64,000 nucleotides of DNA from Chiloscyllium plagiosum (Eukaryota). The DNA is taken from positions 41,747,803 to 41,811,802 of the forward strand of contig NC_057718.1 of the NCBI RefSeq assembly GCF_004010195.1. Direction: 5' to 3'. A program made the position numbers and the translations under genes. Below, piece after piece: positions 1 to 12,712 of this stretch (position 1 is the stretch's first letter; the number at the start of each line of letters is the position of its first letter). The notes under the pieces were generated by a model. That model did not search any database and was not told the DNA's origin. It saw only the letters and a program-made list of their open reading frames with translations.

Positions 1-1639
1 AATGTACAACTGTACAGTGATGAGTATCAAGTACTTCTGAGAGGTTCTTTTTCATGTATCTTTAATTACATTGAACAATCCCAGCTTTCATTTACTCCAA
101 CATCCTAACATTTAATTCAAAGTTTAGAAAGGAATAAACAGTTATCAGCATGGCTGGATTGTGGAATTCGTTCCTATTTTCCTCTTTTTCATTCTACTGC
201 AACAAGCATAAAATAAAGAAAATTAATCTGATGCCCCTGTTCAGTTAATATCTGATTCATCCTGCATTTAGCAGTGACAACTTCTATTCTTAAAACATGG
301 AGTCTTGAAGTTTAATATTTCTTCTTGCCAGCCTTGTAAAAATATAAAATTATTTTGATCAGTCCATTTTTCAGAATATTGTTAACCAATTGTAAATGTA
401 ATCTTGGAAAAATACATCATGCTGGATTTATCGTGATGCCTTGCAATCAGAAAACAGACAACCAAATCTGAAATGAAAGTGAACGCAAAGCAAACTGTGA
501 ACACAGGATTGTTTTGAGTTAAGTGAACACAGAAATTCTTAGGATTGGGAATTCAAAGTGATTGAGACATTTAAGTTATATCTTTTATACAAATGGCAAA
601 TTGACAGGCTCCTATGCATTCGGTTCACTCGATAATGGAATGGGGGCACCTGGTGTTCCATTTAGTGCCAGTAGGTGGCGGATTTGTGACACATGTTAAG
701 TAAAAGCCAAGTGCTGGTATAAAACCATTGATCAAATCCATACGATGAAAGGTAGATCAATCTGCATTTTAGAGAGCGATGAGAAAGTCCCATCCAACCC
801 ATCTAGTTCACTTTCTCATTTTGGTCCATGTTCAGGATCTGCAGAGATAGAAACAATGGTAGATGTAAAACCTGTGGCTGGCACCTGAGCTGGCTTCTTT
901 TGAGGAAACTGAACACACCATTTTGACTTCTGAAATTATTGTCTGAAACTTAGACTTTGATCATTCTGAGTTATAGTCTGGATAGCCCAATGTCTTTTTA
1001 AATATGACACTTGAGAAATATTCAAGTGTACGTTCAGTAAACTCACTACCATTCATTCTGTCATTCTTCTGATTGATGCAAGGTGGAACAGGGCAAAGAA
1101 AGGGAACTTGTTTATCCTCTGCCCCTGAGCAACAGACCAAATCTCTCTGTTACATCCTCTGACCATACAGTAACCTGAATCAAAGTGATTGATGAAATAT
1201 TCAATCGGGTTTGAGCAGTTACCAATGTCAGCACACAAAACAAAACACATCCAAGACAATCTGTGATTCAGGCCATCTCAGTATGTTAAAATGGAGGCAC
1301 TCATCTTCCTGGTCTTGTATTCTGAAAATTCCTTGAACGTTCCTTTAACTAGTATAAGGTAAAATAATATTCAGAGCTGCTCTCAAAATTTGAAGGAAGA
1401 ATGAAAGTCGTCCAAAATACCTCAAAGAATTAGATGAGAATAATAGGTTCCCTTTATATTGTTCAAAGACCAAAGAAAAAATGCGAACAGAACAATTGCT
1501 GTAAAGAATGTGAAATGCATGTTTATTCTTTGTATTTTTAATTATTCTTTTTTAAACTTAAGTAGTGAATGCGAAGTGAGCGTTGCACAAACGGTTTCAA
1601 CTAGCTTGTGAGTTTTCCTCAGTCGGCAGGTGTGTGTAT

Positions 1640-2050
1640 GGGAGTGACATTTTTGAAGGCAAGAAGAGGAGGGGAGCTAATTGCTGAGTGGACGGTTCCA
1701 GTTGTGATACGCATTATTGCATTCAACTGAGGGTCAACAAGGTGTGCCTGTGGTCACGTATGCCAGACCTGTGCACAGTACTCAGCAGTGGGGCATGAAA
1801 GGGCAAAGGTTGAAATCCAGAGTGTTGTGGATCAGTGCCTCATAGATCCAGCAAGTTTGGGCAATAGATTGCATTTTGGTTTGACCTTGGCTCCTCTTTC
1901 TTCAAATGCTCCCAGAAGGACACAGATTTATCTTGAGTCAAGCCCAACTGGATCTTCCTTCAGATCATGGGGATGATAGTTACTCTTTAAACCAACAGCT
2001 TGGTTACTTCATAACATGGAGTTTCTTGCATCCCAACAGGCACTGCACTT
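1640..2050 (-). mobile_element. Degraded Vingi/Ingi-type non-LTR retrotransposon fragment (RT C-terminal region)
   Basis: Minus-strand translation with stops/frameshifts gives LGLTQDKSVSFWEHLKK...NLLPKLAGS...TAEYCAQVW...HLVDPQLNAIMRITTGTV. This resembles the Vingi pattern LGxTLDRxLxF..HL / KLAG..WGA / AEYCAPVW / VDxQLNxxMRxITG. Confidence 0.7.
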
Positions 2051-2699
2051 CAACTTAATGCTTTGCATCTGTAAAATGTTTTGAGACATCATGAATTTGT
2101 GAAAGGTGCAATATGAAGTCTTTCTTTATTTCTTTTTTCTTTCACTCATGAAGTGAACACATTGCCTAGAAGTACTCTGGTCACTAAGGCAGGAAATTTA
2201 ACTTTTCTAAAAAGGCCAGCAGATAAAATCTTACTTTTCACAAAAACAATGAAAAGTTGCAATACTGTTGCCTTGGAAATAAAAGAAATGTAGAACAGTT
2301 AGAACTTTAAATACGCTAAAGAATCCTTTATATGGAAAAGACAACATTCTTGATGTACTAAAAGAGGTTGATAATTGGATAAAAATGCTTTATGGGAATG
2401 CAATAAATGATCAACTTGTATTAAAAAAAAGTTAAAAACAGTGGCAACCATGAGGTGGGAAATAAGATTTTGTAGCAAAAGTTAAATATGCCAGAGAAAC
2501 ATCTTCTTTGTAAAATTAAATTACATTAACATGAAATTTCAGTGGAATTGGGTAGTAGTAGGAAAATCACCTGGCTCTAAGAAGGTGGATATATGGAAAC
2601 TGCAGGATGTACTTGCTTTACATTGTGATACCAGTCTAAAGTACCTCGGGCTGTGGGTGTCAGCATGTACATTGTTACTGAGGCCACTTACCTCTTATC

Positions 2700-3035
2700 T
2701 TTACATCAGGTTGTTCAATTCCATATGTACAATAACACTTCTTAATTTACATCTTTGTATAATAGGCTCCCAAATGCAGCTCTCGAGTGTAATGTCTCAG
2801 ATCTCTCTCTCTTCATATGCTCATTTTAGCTCATGTCTTCTCTCTCACTAATGTTAGAGCCATGTGGTCAATTGTATCATTCTGAATGTTACTATTCCCA
2901 CAAACTTATCTCCTTAACAAAGCTTTTGCTTGTTCTGACCTAATATCTCATCATTCAACTTCAGTTCATATTTTGTTTCATAATGCTCCTGTGGAGCTCC
3001 AGGGGTTGTTTCAGTACATTCACAGTTCTAAATAA
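2700..3035 (+). mobile_element. Old L2-type LINE 3' end
   Basis: Ends in gctcctgtggagctcc...tacattcacagttctaaataaat, resembling the L2 3' terminus; highly diverged. Confidence 0.4.
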
Positions 3036-3454
3036 ATTTTCATTGCGTAACTAAGGCAAATCTTGCTGCTCAAGAAATTCCACCTTTTACACCAAAATTG
3101 AACTTTGTCGATTTCAGTTCTGTATGTGAAAGGGGAATAACTTGAACATTGAAACATTGAGACAGAAACTTGTCAGTGCCCAGTTTTGTACAAAGATGCA
3201 GTAGTGTGTGCTTCATCTAGGTGCTTGAGGCTGGTCCAATATTGGGCCATGGGTCTTATCAACATAACCTGGATGCTTTGCCAATGCCTGCAATATCTTT
3301 TCAGGCAACATGCTGAGCTGTCTGCCTCCTTGGCAGCTGTTTTCAGTAAGCCCCAAGGGGACAAGAACAGTATAAAAAGGACTGATTGAAGGAGGCCTGT
3401 TCTCTTGGGCCCACAGCAACCTTTTACAACATTTTTATTTAAGAAGCAGTTAGA

Positions 3455-3855
3455 TATTTAGACTTACCTACATACCCTTCATTGTACTATCTTCCACATG
3501 CCTATCCAAGAGTCGCTTACATGTCCCTAATGTATCTTAATCTACTATGACTGCTGGCAGTGCATTCTACACACACACCAATCTATGTAAAGAACCTACC
3601 TCTGACATCTCCTTTAAATCTTCCTCCACTACCTTAAAATTATGTCCCCTAATGGTAGACATTCCTGCCATGGGAAAAAGTCTCTGGCTATCCACTCTAT
3701 CTATGCTTGTCAACATCTTGTACACCTCTATTAGGTCACTCCTCATCTTTCTTCAGTCCAATGAAAAAAGCCCTAGCTCCCTCAACCTTTCTTCATCAGA
3801 CATGCCCTCCAGTCCAGGCAGCATCCTGGTAAATCTCTTCTGCACCTTCTCTAAA
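3455..3855 (-). mobile_element. CR1 LINE 3' fragment
   Basis: Minus strand encodes a CR1 ORF2 C-terminus-like sequence (LEKVQKRFTRMLPGLEGMS...RLRELGLFSL). Confidence 0.8.
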
Positions 3856-4284
3856 ACTCCCATGTTGTACAAGATTAGTGTCAACATAGACTAGTTGGGT
3901 TGAATCGGTGTTATTTCTTTCTGTATAACTCTATGTGAAGAGCTAAGGAATTAGAAGGCCTGAGGAAATGCAAGAGGTAGATCGAAAGGAAAACTGGTAG
4001 CATACATCATACGGCATGTGTCAATTCGCCACCATCCATACTGCAGCCCAGAACTTTCAACTATATTGTTGATAAAACTTCCCTTGAACTTTAAAAAGAA
4101 TTGTGTGAGACCAATGTCCAAGGAGTAAAAGAAGAAATGGGAAGGAATGGTGAAACATTGGTAGCTCAAGAACGCACTTGCAAAAAGAATATAGATGAAT
4201 AGAAAATAGTTAATATGTCAACATTTAGGTAGTCCAACAAAGAGGAGATTGCTCTGAGAATGCGTAAATGCAGTCTATTAGACT

Positions 4285-4745
4285 AAGGTTTACAAGGATG
4301 TTGCCAGGGTTGGAGGATTTGAATAGGCTAGGGCTGTTTTCCCTGGAGCTTTGGAGGCTGAGTGGTGACCTTATAGATGTTTATAAAATCATGAAGGGCA
4401 TGGATAGGATAAACAGACAAAGTCTTTTCCCTGGGGTGGTGGAGTCCAGAACTAGAGGGCATAGGTTTAGGGTGAGAGAGGAAAGATATAAAAGAGACCT
4501 AAGGGGCAACTTTTTAATTCAGAGTGTTGTACATTTATGAAATGAGCTGCCAGAGGAAGTAGTGGAGGCTGGTACAATTGCAACATTTAAAAGGCATCTG
4601 GGTATATGCATAGGAAGGGTTTGGAGGGATATGGGCTGGGTGCTGGCCGGTGGGACTAGATTGGTTTGGGATATCTGGTCAGCATGGAGGAGTTGGACCG
4701 AAGGGTTTGCTTCCATGCTGTACATCTCTATGACTCTATGACTTA
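4285..4745 (+). mobile_element. CR1 (HER1-like) LINE 3' fragment
   Basis: RFTRMLPGLEDL...GLFSLE...GDLIDVYKIMKG...SRTRGH; 3'UTR ends in ctctatgactctatgact. Same family as the 6452-7928 copy. Confidence 0.92.
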
Positions 4746-6115
4746 TACGTGATTGTGTTTTGTTTCAGAATTCTAGCATCTCTGATATTTTGGGCTAACA
4801 TTGCTGGAAACAAGTAGACCTGATCTTACAATGCACAATCTTTTAAAACAAAATCTACATCTACTTAGTAGATGAAAAGCAGAAAACTTTAATCTTTGCC
4901 TCCCAACAGCTCTCTTCCATTAAAAAAAACAGCAAATACTAGAATCAAGAAGTGCAAAGTGATCAGTTTCAATTCAGAACCCCTTTTAACCCAACATTGT
5001 CACATATATTTGATTGGCAAGCTAAAAGATCTTTCTTTGCCACAGTCTCATAAAAATGAATGTAACGTGTGTAGACAAAATGAGCCTTTGATGTTTTGTG
5101 TCTATTCGCTGAAATGAACGTTGGACACGACTTGCGACCATGCGCAAAATTGAACCATTCTTGCTGGATTCAAGAAATGTATATGATAGCGTTATGCTAA
5201 CGAGATGCCCATCCACCATCATTCATTTTCTGAATTAGCCATGCAAAGGATACTCTTCTTATTTTAGGTCATTTAACCATTACATATATTGTATTTCTCT
5301 TCACTTATTGCATTTCTGACTCCGTGAAGACAGCTTTCATTTTTGTATTTTAATTTGCAAAAGGAAAATTTATGTTTGTGCTTATTGTAGACAGTCTATG
5401 GAGAAAGTAGACGCAATGGTTTTGTCTAATTTCTCCTTTACTTGTGAAATAAGTTAGTTCTATCTAGTTCAGTATCCTTGCAACACTTGACAGAATTATG
5501 TCCAGGAACAAGCCGTTGTTGTTTGATGACATTCTTTTGTTCGTGATTATTATAACAATTACGTATCAAATTTAATTACTTTGCAAAATGAGAAATATGA
5601 TATTGGTAAGCAGGAATTTTCTGATTGCTAAGCATAGTGTCAGTATAAAATGCACTCTGAAATAATATTAACATAGTGAAATATATAAATCAAAGCTATT
5701 CTTCTTCTGAGCTAAATCAATTGCTTTGATGATGTAGTTGATATATTTCTGTCTTCAGTAATAACTCATTGCAATTATGATATTTGCCAGCTAAGGTCTG
5801 ACCAGCTGAAAACATAGTGAAGGAACTGGGCAGTTATTGTACAGAACCAGAGGAGGTTTACTGGACAGACATTGAAATTATTGCATTGAAGACTGTGAAT
5901 TGCTGTGCAATGTAGAAAGGTGGTTCAAGAAATTGAGAATGGATTATGAAGGGGAAAGATTAGGTGCAATTGCAACGGAGGGGTGTGAAGGCTAATAGTT
6001 GATTCAACAATAAAGTACTTCACAGAATCAGAAAATGGGTACAGTACAGAGCAAGGCCATTTGGTCCATCATGTCTGTAATGGCTATTTGAGCATTTAAA
6101 CTTAATGCTGTGCTT

Positions 6116-6328
6116 CTGGATCAGTGGTGCTGGAAGAGCACAGCAATTCAGGCAGCATCCGAGGACAGGCAAAATCGACGTTTTGGGCAAAAGCCCTTTC
6201 CTGATGAAGGGCTTTTGCCCGAAACGTCGATTTTGCCTGTCCTCGGATGCTGCCTGAATTGCTGTGCTCTTCCAGCACCACTGATCCAGAATCTGGTTTC
6301 CAGCATCTGCAGTCATTGTTTTTACCAC
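6116..6328 (+). mobile_element. Short Penelope-like pLTR insertion with inverted 5' copy (fold-back) and 15-bp TSD
   Basis: TSD cttaatgctgtgctt at 6101-6115 and 6329-6343. Arms 6114-6198 and 6207-6291 are reverse complements with 1 mismatch. Sequence closely matches the PLE terminus at 63304-63435. Confidence 0.9.
6198..6231 (+). ncRNA. Minimal type I hammerhead ribozyme motif (intact core)
   Basis: tc-CTGATGA(6201-6207)-A-GGGC-tttt-GCCC-GAAA(6221-6224)-C-GTC-ga. Palindromic ACGU stem III; predicted cleavage after C6228; stem I only ~2 bp. Confidence 0.75.
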
Positions 6329-6451
6329 CTTAATGCTGTGCTTGCCATTTCCCCATAGCCTTGCATATTACTTCTGTTTAAATGGTTATCCATTGCCATC
6401 TTGAATGCTTATTTGATCCTGCTTTCACTACACTTCCACGCTGAGATATTT

Positions 6452-7928
6452 GTATCATCGATAGTCACAGGTGAGGTGCCGGAAGACTGAAGGTTGGCTA
6501 ACATGGTACCACTGTTTAAGAAGGGTGGTAAGGACAAGCCAGGGAACTATAAACCAGTGAGCCTGATGTCGCTTGCGGGCAAGTTGTTGGAGGGAATCCT
6601 GAGGGGCAGGATGTACATGTATTTGGAAAGGCAAGGATTGATTAGGGATAGTCAACACGGCTTTGAGCGTGGGAAATCATGTCTCACAAACTTGATTGAG
6701 TTTTTTGAGGAAGTAACAAAGAGGATTGATGAGGGCAGAGTAGCAGATGTGATCTATATGGACTTCAGTAAGGCGTTCAACAAGGTTTCCCATGGGAGAC
6801 TAGTTAACAAGGTTAGATCTCACAGAATACAGGGAGAACTAGCCATTTGGATACAGAACTGGCTCAAAGGTAGAAGACAGTGGGTGGTAATGGAGGGTTG
6901 TTTTTCAGACTGGAGGCCTGTGACCAGTAGAGTGCCACAAGGATCGGTGCTGGGTTCTCTACTTTTTGTAATTTGCATAAATGATTTGGATGCGAGCATA
7001 AGAGGTACAGTTAGTAAGTTTGCAGATGACACCAAAATTGGAGGTGTAGTGGACAGCGAAGAGGGTTATGTCAGTTTACAACAGGATCTTGACCAGATGG
7101 GCCAATGGGCAGACACGTGGCAGATGGAGTTTAATTCAGACAAATGCGAGGTGCTGCATTTTGGGAACGCAAATCTTAGCAGGACTTATACATTTAATGG
7201 TAAGGTCCTAGGGAGTGTTGCTGAACAAAGAGACCTTGGAGTGCAGGTTCATAGCTCCTTGAAAGTGGAGTTGCAGATAAATAGGATAGTGAAGAAGGCG
7301 TTTGGTATGCTTTCCTTTGTTGGTCAGAGTGTTGAGTACAGGAGCTGGGAGGTCATGTGCGGCTATACAGGACATTGGTTAGGCCACTGTTGGAATATTG
7401 CATGCAATTCTGGTCTCCTTCCTATCGGAAAGATGTTGTGAAACTTGAAAGGGTTCAGAAAAGATTTACAAGGATGTTGCCAGGGTTGGAGGATCTGAGC
7501 TATAGGGAGAGGCTGAACTGGGTGGGGCTGTTTTTACTGGAGCGTTAGAGGCTGAGGGGTGACCTTATAGAAGTTTACAAAATTATGAGGGGCATGGATA
7601 GGATAAATAGACAAAGTCTTTTCCCTGGGGTCGGGGAGTCCAGAACTAAAGAGCATAAGTTTAGGGTGAGAGGGGAAAGATATAAAAGGGGCAACTTTTT
7701 CACACAGAGGGTGGTACGTGTATGGAATGAGCTGCCAGAGAAAGTGGTAGAGCCTGGTACAATAGCAACATTTAAGAGGCATTTGAATCTGTATATGAAT
7801 AGAAAGGGTTTGGAGGGATATGGGCCAGGTGCTGGCAGGTGGGACTAGATTGGGTTGGGATATCTGGTTGGCATGGAGGGTTTGGACTGAAGGGTCTGTT
7901 TCCATGCTATACATCTCTATGACTCTAT
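6452..7928 (+). pseudogene. 5'-truncated young CR1 (HER1-like) LINE with RT domain, frameshifted
   Basis: ORF 6494-7441 has the motifs PGNYKPVSL, QHGF, YMDFSKAF, VPQGSVLG, KFADDTK and DLGV. Frameshift near 7357 into RPLLEYC. Tail ctctatgactctat ends at ~7928. Confidence 0.95.
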
Positions 7929-9338
7929 TACATTGCCAAGCTATCCATTGTGTAAAATAGCTTTTTCTCATCTCATATTTGCATCTTTTGCAAAGCATTT
8001 TAAAACTGTGGCTTCTGGTTCTCAATCCTTTTACAAGTGAGCACCATTTCTCCTTATCCATTTTGTTGAGACTCCTCATGATTTTGAAAATGTCTATGTC
8101 ATCTCCTCTTAACATTTTCCTCTACAATGAAAGTAGTTCCAATTTCTCCAATTTTCCCTCATAACTGAAGTGCTTCATCCTCGGAAACATTTTTGCCAAC
8201 TTCAATAATGTGCTCACATCCTTCCTACAACATGATGCACAGAATTGTACATAATATTCCAGCTGAGATCTAGCTAGTGTCTTATTTAAGTTCATCACCA
8301 CTCCCCTGCTTTTGCACTCTATGCCCCTATTTATGAAGCCTGGAATACTGTATGCTTTATGAACAGCTTCTGCTATCTGCCCTCCCACCTTTGATGACTT
8401 ATGCACATATACACTCAAATCTCTCTGTACCTGTGCACCCTTGAGAAGTGTTACCTTTCTTCTATACCATTGTCTGCTACCTATTCATCCACTCAACCAA
8501 TGTGTCAAATTCCTCTTGAAGTTCTACACTCTTTTCCTCACAGTTTTCAACTTTTCAAAGTTTTGTGTCATCCACAATCTTTAGGATTGTCCCCTGCACA
8601 TCAAGATCTAGATCATTCATATATATCAGGAAAAGCAAGGCCTGAAAAATGACCATTAACCATAACTTTCAGTTCCTTATTCTTCAACCACTTTTGAATC
8701 TATTTGTGACTGTCTCTTGTATTCATTGACCTTTGACTTTCCTTAGAATGTCTGTTATATGACATTATAATTGAACACCTTCTGGAAGTCAACATATACC
8801 ACATCAATGGTGTTTGCCCCATTCAACATTTTCTGATATCTCTTCAAAATTTCCAGCAAGTTAGACATGGCTTTCCCTGAACAAATCAATGCTGATTCTT
8901 CTTAAGCAATCCATATCACTATGAAATCTATCTTGACTATTTGTTTTGAGAAGATTCTCCGCCACTGAAGTTAAGCTTATTGATTTGTAATTGCTAGGCT
9001 GATATTTACAACCCTTTTGATCAAGGGCATAATGTTTACAATTCTCTACTCTTCAGCCTCATTCCCACCCCCGCCTCCCAGCCCTCCAGGAATATTGAAT
9101 AATTATTGCCAGTGCCTCTACCATTTCCACTTCCAACTCAATCAATATTCTAAGATTCCCCTCATCTGATCCTAGTGTCTTAACATTTTTTTAAGTACCA
9201 ATAGCCTATCCAATGTCTCCTCCTTATCAATTTTGGAGGATTTCCTCCTTTTGCCATCATAGCCTAGGTACTATCTTTCTCATAGATGAAGACAGAATGC
9301 AAAGTATTAATTCAACATCTCATGATACATCTTGCCTT

Positions 9339-10229
9339 TGCAATGATACTAAGAGGTGATACTATGGCTTTAAGAGGTGTATTTTGTCCTGATTTTTTTG
9401 AAAGCAGGCTTTGAGGCAGAGGTACTGAGTTGTCACTTTCAAGCCAATAAAATAAATAGGTTGTGAGGCCCTAGATTTTCTTTAAAGTTAGAACAATAGA
9501 AGCAGCATCAATGGGTGGAGTCAGACTCCCACTGCAACAAGGTTTTAGTGTAGCTTTCAATTGTTGGGGTTTTGAAGTTGGCTGTGGAAACTGTTGTACA
9601 TCTCCTTCAGCCACAGCAAAAAACTAATGTTCTTGCTCTGCCAGAATTTTCTCTTGGTGTTCGTTTCTCTTGAATTGGAGAAATATCAATGTTACTGAGG
9701 CTGTTTTTGTTGGAGAGAAGAAGGTTGAGAGGTGACTTAATTGAGATGCATCAGATAATCAGAGGTTTAGATAGGGTGGACAGTGACAGCCCTTTTCCTC
9801 GGATGATGATCAGATTAGTTTCACAGGTCGGCGTAACATCGAGGGCCGAAGGGCCTGTACTGCGCTTTAACGTTCTATATTTGATATATAAGACAATCCA
9901 TCTTACTGAATCCATCTTACTGAATCTATCTTTGCCAAGGGTGTAGTTATGGGCCGTTACTATATTGGGACAGTAGCTGTTTAGTAGTTAAATAATCCAT
10001 TATTCTGTTTAAGTTTTCCGATAGAGTTAAAGTTATATCAATTCATCTTTCTTTTTGCATTTTAACTGTAGGCTAAGAATAAAGTGTGTTTTGCTTAAAG
10101 CTAATTGGTGTAATCAATTGAATCACATTTGGAATACAGTACCTTACTCTTGCCTACAAAAATAGAAAAACCTAGGGTCTAGGCCATCTCTTTGACATAT
10201 TTGAAGGGGGTTTGATATGGTCCAGAACA
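9339..10229 (+). mobile_element. Solo LTR (TG...CA) containing a CR1 fragment
   Basis: Starts TG, ends AACA, AATAAA at ~10078, flanks cctt/cctc. It interrupts the old CR1, and its 3' part is similar to the 62351-62950 element. Confidence 0.6.
9694..9880 (+). mobile_element. Internally deleted CR1 3' fragment within the LTR
   Basis: LRLFLLERRRLRGDLIEM...RGLDRVD followed by the CR1 3'UTR gagggccgaagggcctgtactg. Confidence 0.8.
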
Positions 10230-12569
10230 CCTCTAAATATAAATCCCTTTTTGGTCAATAATAGTCCCTACTCCTCATTTTACCACCCTTTTACTATTGA
10301 TGTGCTTTCAGAAGACTTTAGAACATTTCTGTGTTTTTTCTCATAAAATATCTTTGCTTCTCACATGCTTTTTCAGCTCTGTTCTGAACTTTCTGCATTC
10401 AGCTTAGTTCTCAATAGCATTACTGCTTAAAACCGGTTATAAGCACACTTTTTGTGCCTCAACTTAATTTGCATCTCCTTTAACATCCAACAAGCTCTGG
10501 GTTTATTTGTCCCATTTTTCCCACCTCAAGGAATGCACCTTGACTGAGCCCAAACCAACTCCTCTTCTCAAAGACAGCTGGAGATGGTCAATAAATTCTA
10601 GCCTAGCCAGTGACACCCATATCCCACATTCTATATCCGTGGGTGATTAAACAAAAGGTAGTCCATTATTCAACTGTTTCTCCTGCCAACCTTTGGATCC
10701 AGTCTATCTAGGCCAGCTCTGTTCTTGACTTTTCATTGTCATCCTAAACCTTATGATAGAACAATCACTCCCTCCTAATTGTTTCCTCACTGTCACCACT
10801 TGCTCCACCTCATTTGAAACAGATAGAGTGCTTCATCCTTTTTGAGCTGGACACAGCTGCTGGATGAAATTCTCCTGGACATTTTAAAATTTACTTTATT
10901 TATTCATTTATGGGATATGGGCATTGCTTGCTGGCCAGCATTTATTGACCATCCCAAATTGCCCTTACAAAGGTGGTGGAGAGCTGCAATGTGTTATAAG
11001 TTGAACCACAAAGCCCTTAGTGAGGGAATTCCAGGATTTTGACCCAGCAACAGTGAAGGATATATTTCCAAGGCTGGATGGTGATTGATTTGGAGGGAAA
11101 CTTGCAGGAGGTGGTATTCCTAGGAATTCCTTTGAGATGGAAGCAGTCATGGGTTTGGAAGATGCTGCCTAAGGACCTTTGGTGAACTTATGCAGTGCAT
11201 CTTGTAGATTGTACTCACTGCTGTTACTAAGTGTTGGTGGTAGAGGGAGTGGATGTTTGTGGATTTGATGCCAATCAAGTGGGCTATTTTGTCCTTGATG
11301 GTGTCAAGCTTCTTGAGTATTGTTGAATCTGCATCCATCTAGGCAAGTGGGGAATATTCCATCACACTACTGCCGTGTGCCTTGTAGATGGTGAATAGAC
11401 TTTGGGGACCAGTAGGTGAGTTAAACACTGCAGTATTCCTAGTCTCTGACCTGCTGTGGTAGCCATTGTGTTTATCCTGTGAGTCCAGTTGAGTTTCTGG
11501 TCAATGCTAAGTCTAAGGAGGTTGATAATGGGGATTCTGTGTGGCTAACGCCATTGAATGTTAAGGGGCAGTGGTGAGATTGTCTCTTATCAGAGATGAT
11601 TATTGCCTTGCATTTGTGTGATGTGAATGTTACTTGCCATTTGTTAGCCCAAGTCTGGTTATTGTCCCGATCTTGTTGCATTTGAACATGGACTGCTTTA
11701 TGATGGAGGGAAGGTCATTGATGAAGCAGCTAAGGATAGCTGGACTTGGAAAATCCCCTGAGGAGCCCTTACAAATATATCCTGGAGCTGACATGACTGA
11801 CTTCCAACAATCGCAACCATTTTCCTATGTGCTAGGTATGACTCCAACTGGCAGAGAGTTTGCCCCCTGATACCCATTGACTTCAGTTTTGCTAGGGCTC
11901 CTTGATGCCACACTTGGTCGAACGTGGCCTTGATATCAAGGGTTGTCACTCTCAACTCACCTCTGGAATTCTGCTCTTTCATCCACGCTTGAGCCCAGGC
12001 TGTAATAAGGCCACAAACCCAAACTGGGCATCACTGAGCCGGTTGTGATGAGCAGCAGGTGCTGCTTGATAGCACTGTTGATGACACCTTCCATCACTTT
12101 GAATAGTGATTAAAAGTTCACTGATTGGGTGGTAATTGGTCGAGTTGGATTTATCCTGCTTTTACAAATAGGACATACATGAGCAATTTTCCACATTGTC
12201 AGATAGATGCCAATATTGGAACTGTATTGGAACAGCTCAGCTAAGGAAGCAGCAAATTCTTGAGCACAAGTCTTCAGTACTATTGCTGGAATGTTGTCAA
12301 GACCCATAACCTTTGCATTACCCTCCTACCAGTGCCTCCAACCATTTCTTGATATCATGTGGAGTGAGTTGAATTGACTGAATACTAATATCTGTATTGC
12401 TGGGGATCACTGGAAGAGGCCAAGATGGATTTTCACTTCTAGCTGAAGATTGCTGCAAATGCTTCAGTCTTATCTTTGGAATGATGTGTTGGGTTCTTCC
12501 ATTATTGAGGATGGGGATATTTGTGGAGCTTCCTCCTCCAGTGTGTTTAATTACCAACCACCATTTGTG

Positions 12570-12712
12570 CCATTGGATAGGTACATGAAAAGGAAAGGTT
12601 TGAGGGATATGAGCCAGGAGCACGCAGGTGGGACTAGATGAGTTTGGGATTATGTTTGGCATGGACTGGTTGGACTAAAGAGTCTGTTGCAGAGCTGTAT
12701 GACTCTATGACT
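12570..12712 (+). mobile_element. CR1 3' tail inserted in the minus-strand LINE
   Basis: LDRYMKRKGL, then gcaggtgggactag and a tatgactctatgact tail. Confidence 0.8.

Larger units (their letters stand above)
6022..9338 (-). mobile_element. Old CR1 LINE hosting nested insertions (appears to continue at ~10230-10885 and ~14085-14170)
   Basis: 3'UTR-like start at ~6022. Minus ORF 8122-8418 reads GFINRGIECKSR...QLEYYVQF. The reading resumes on both sides of the PLE, the young CR1 and the LTR. Confidence 0.8.

Noticed and set aside
3213..3419. Possible exon or RLE-type retroposon C-terminus
   Set aside because: The resemblance is too vague, with no diagnostic motif or clear splice sites.
6114..6291. 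Canonical miRNA precursor or DNA-transposon MITE
   Set aside because: The sequence is a PLE terminus with a 15-bp TSD and asymmetric ends, and no known mature miRNA is recognisable.
6020..6358. Identical peptides on both strands (DQWCWKSTAIQAASED...)
   Set aside because: Artefact of the DNA palindrome, not a protein.
6494..7441. 315-aa ORF as a functional host gene
   Set aside because: It is a 5'-truncated CR1 RT that frameshifts near 7357 and runs into a LINE tail.
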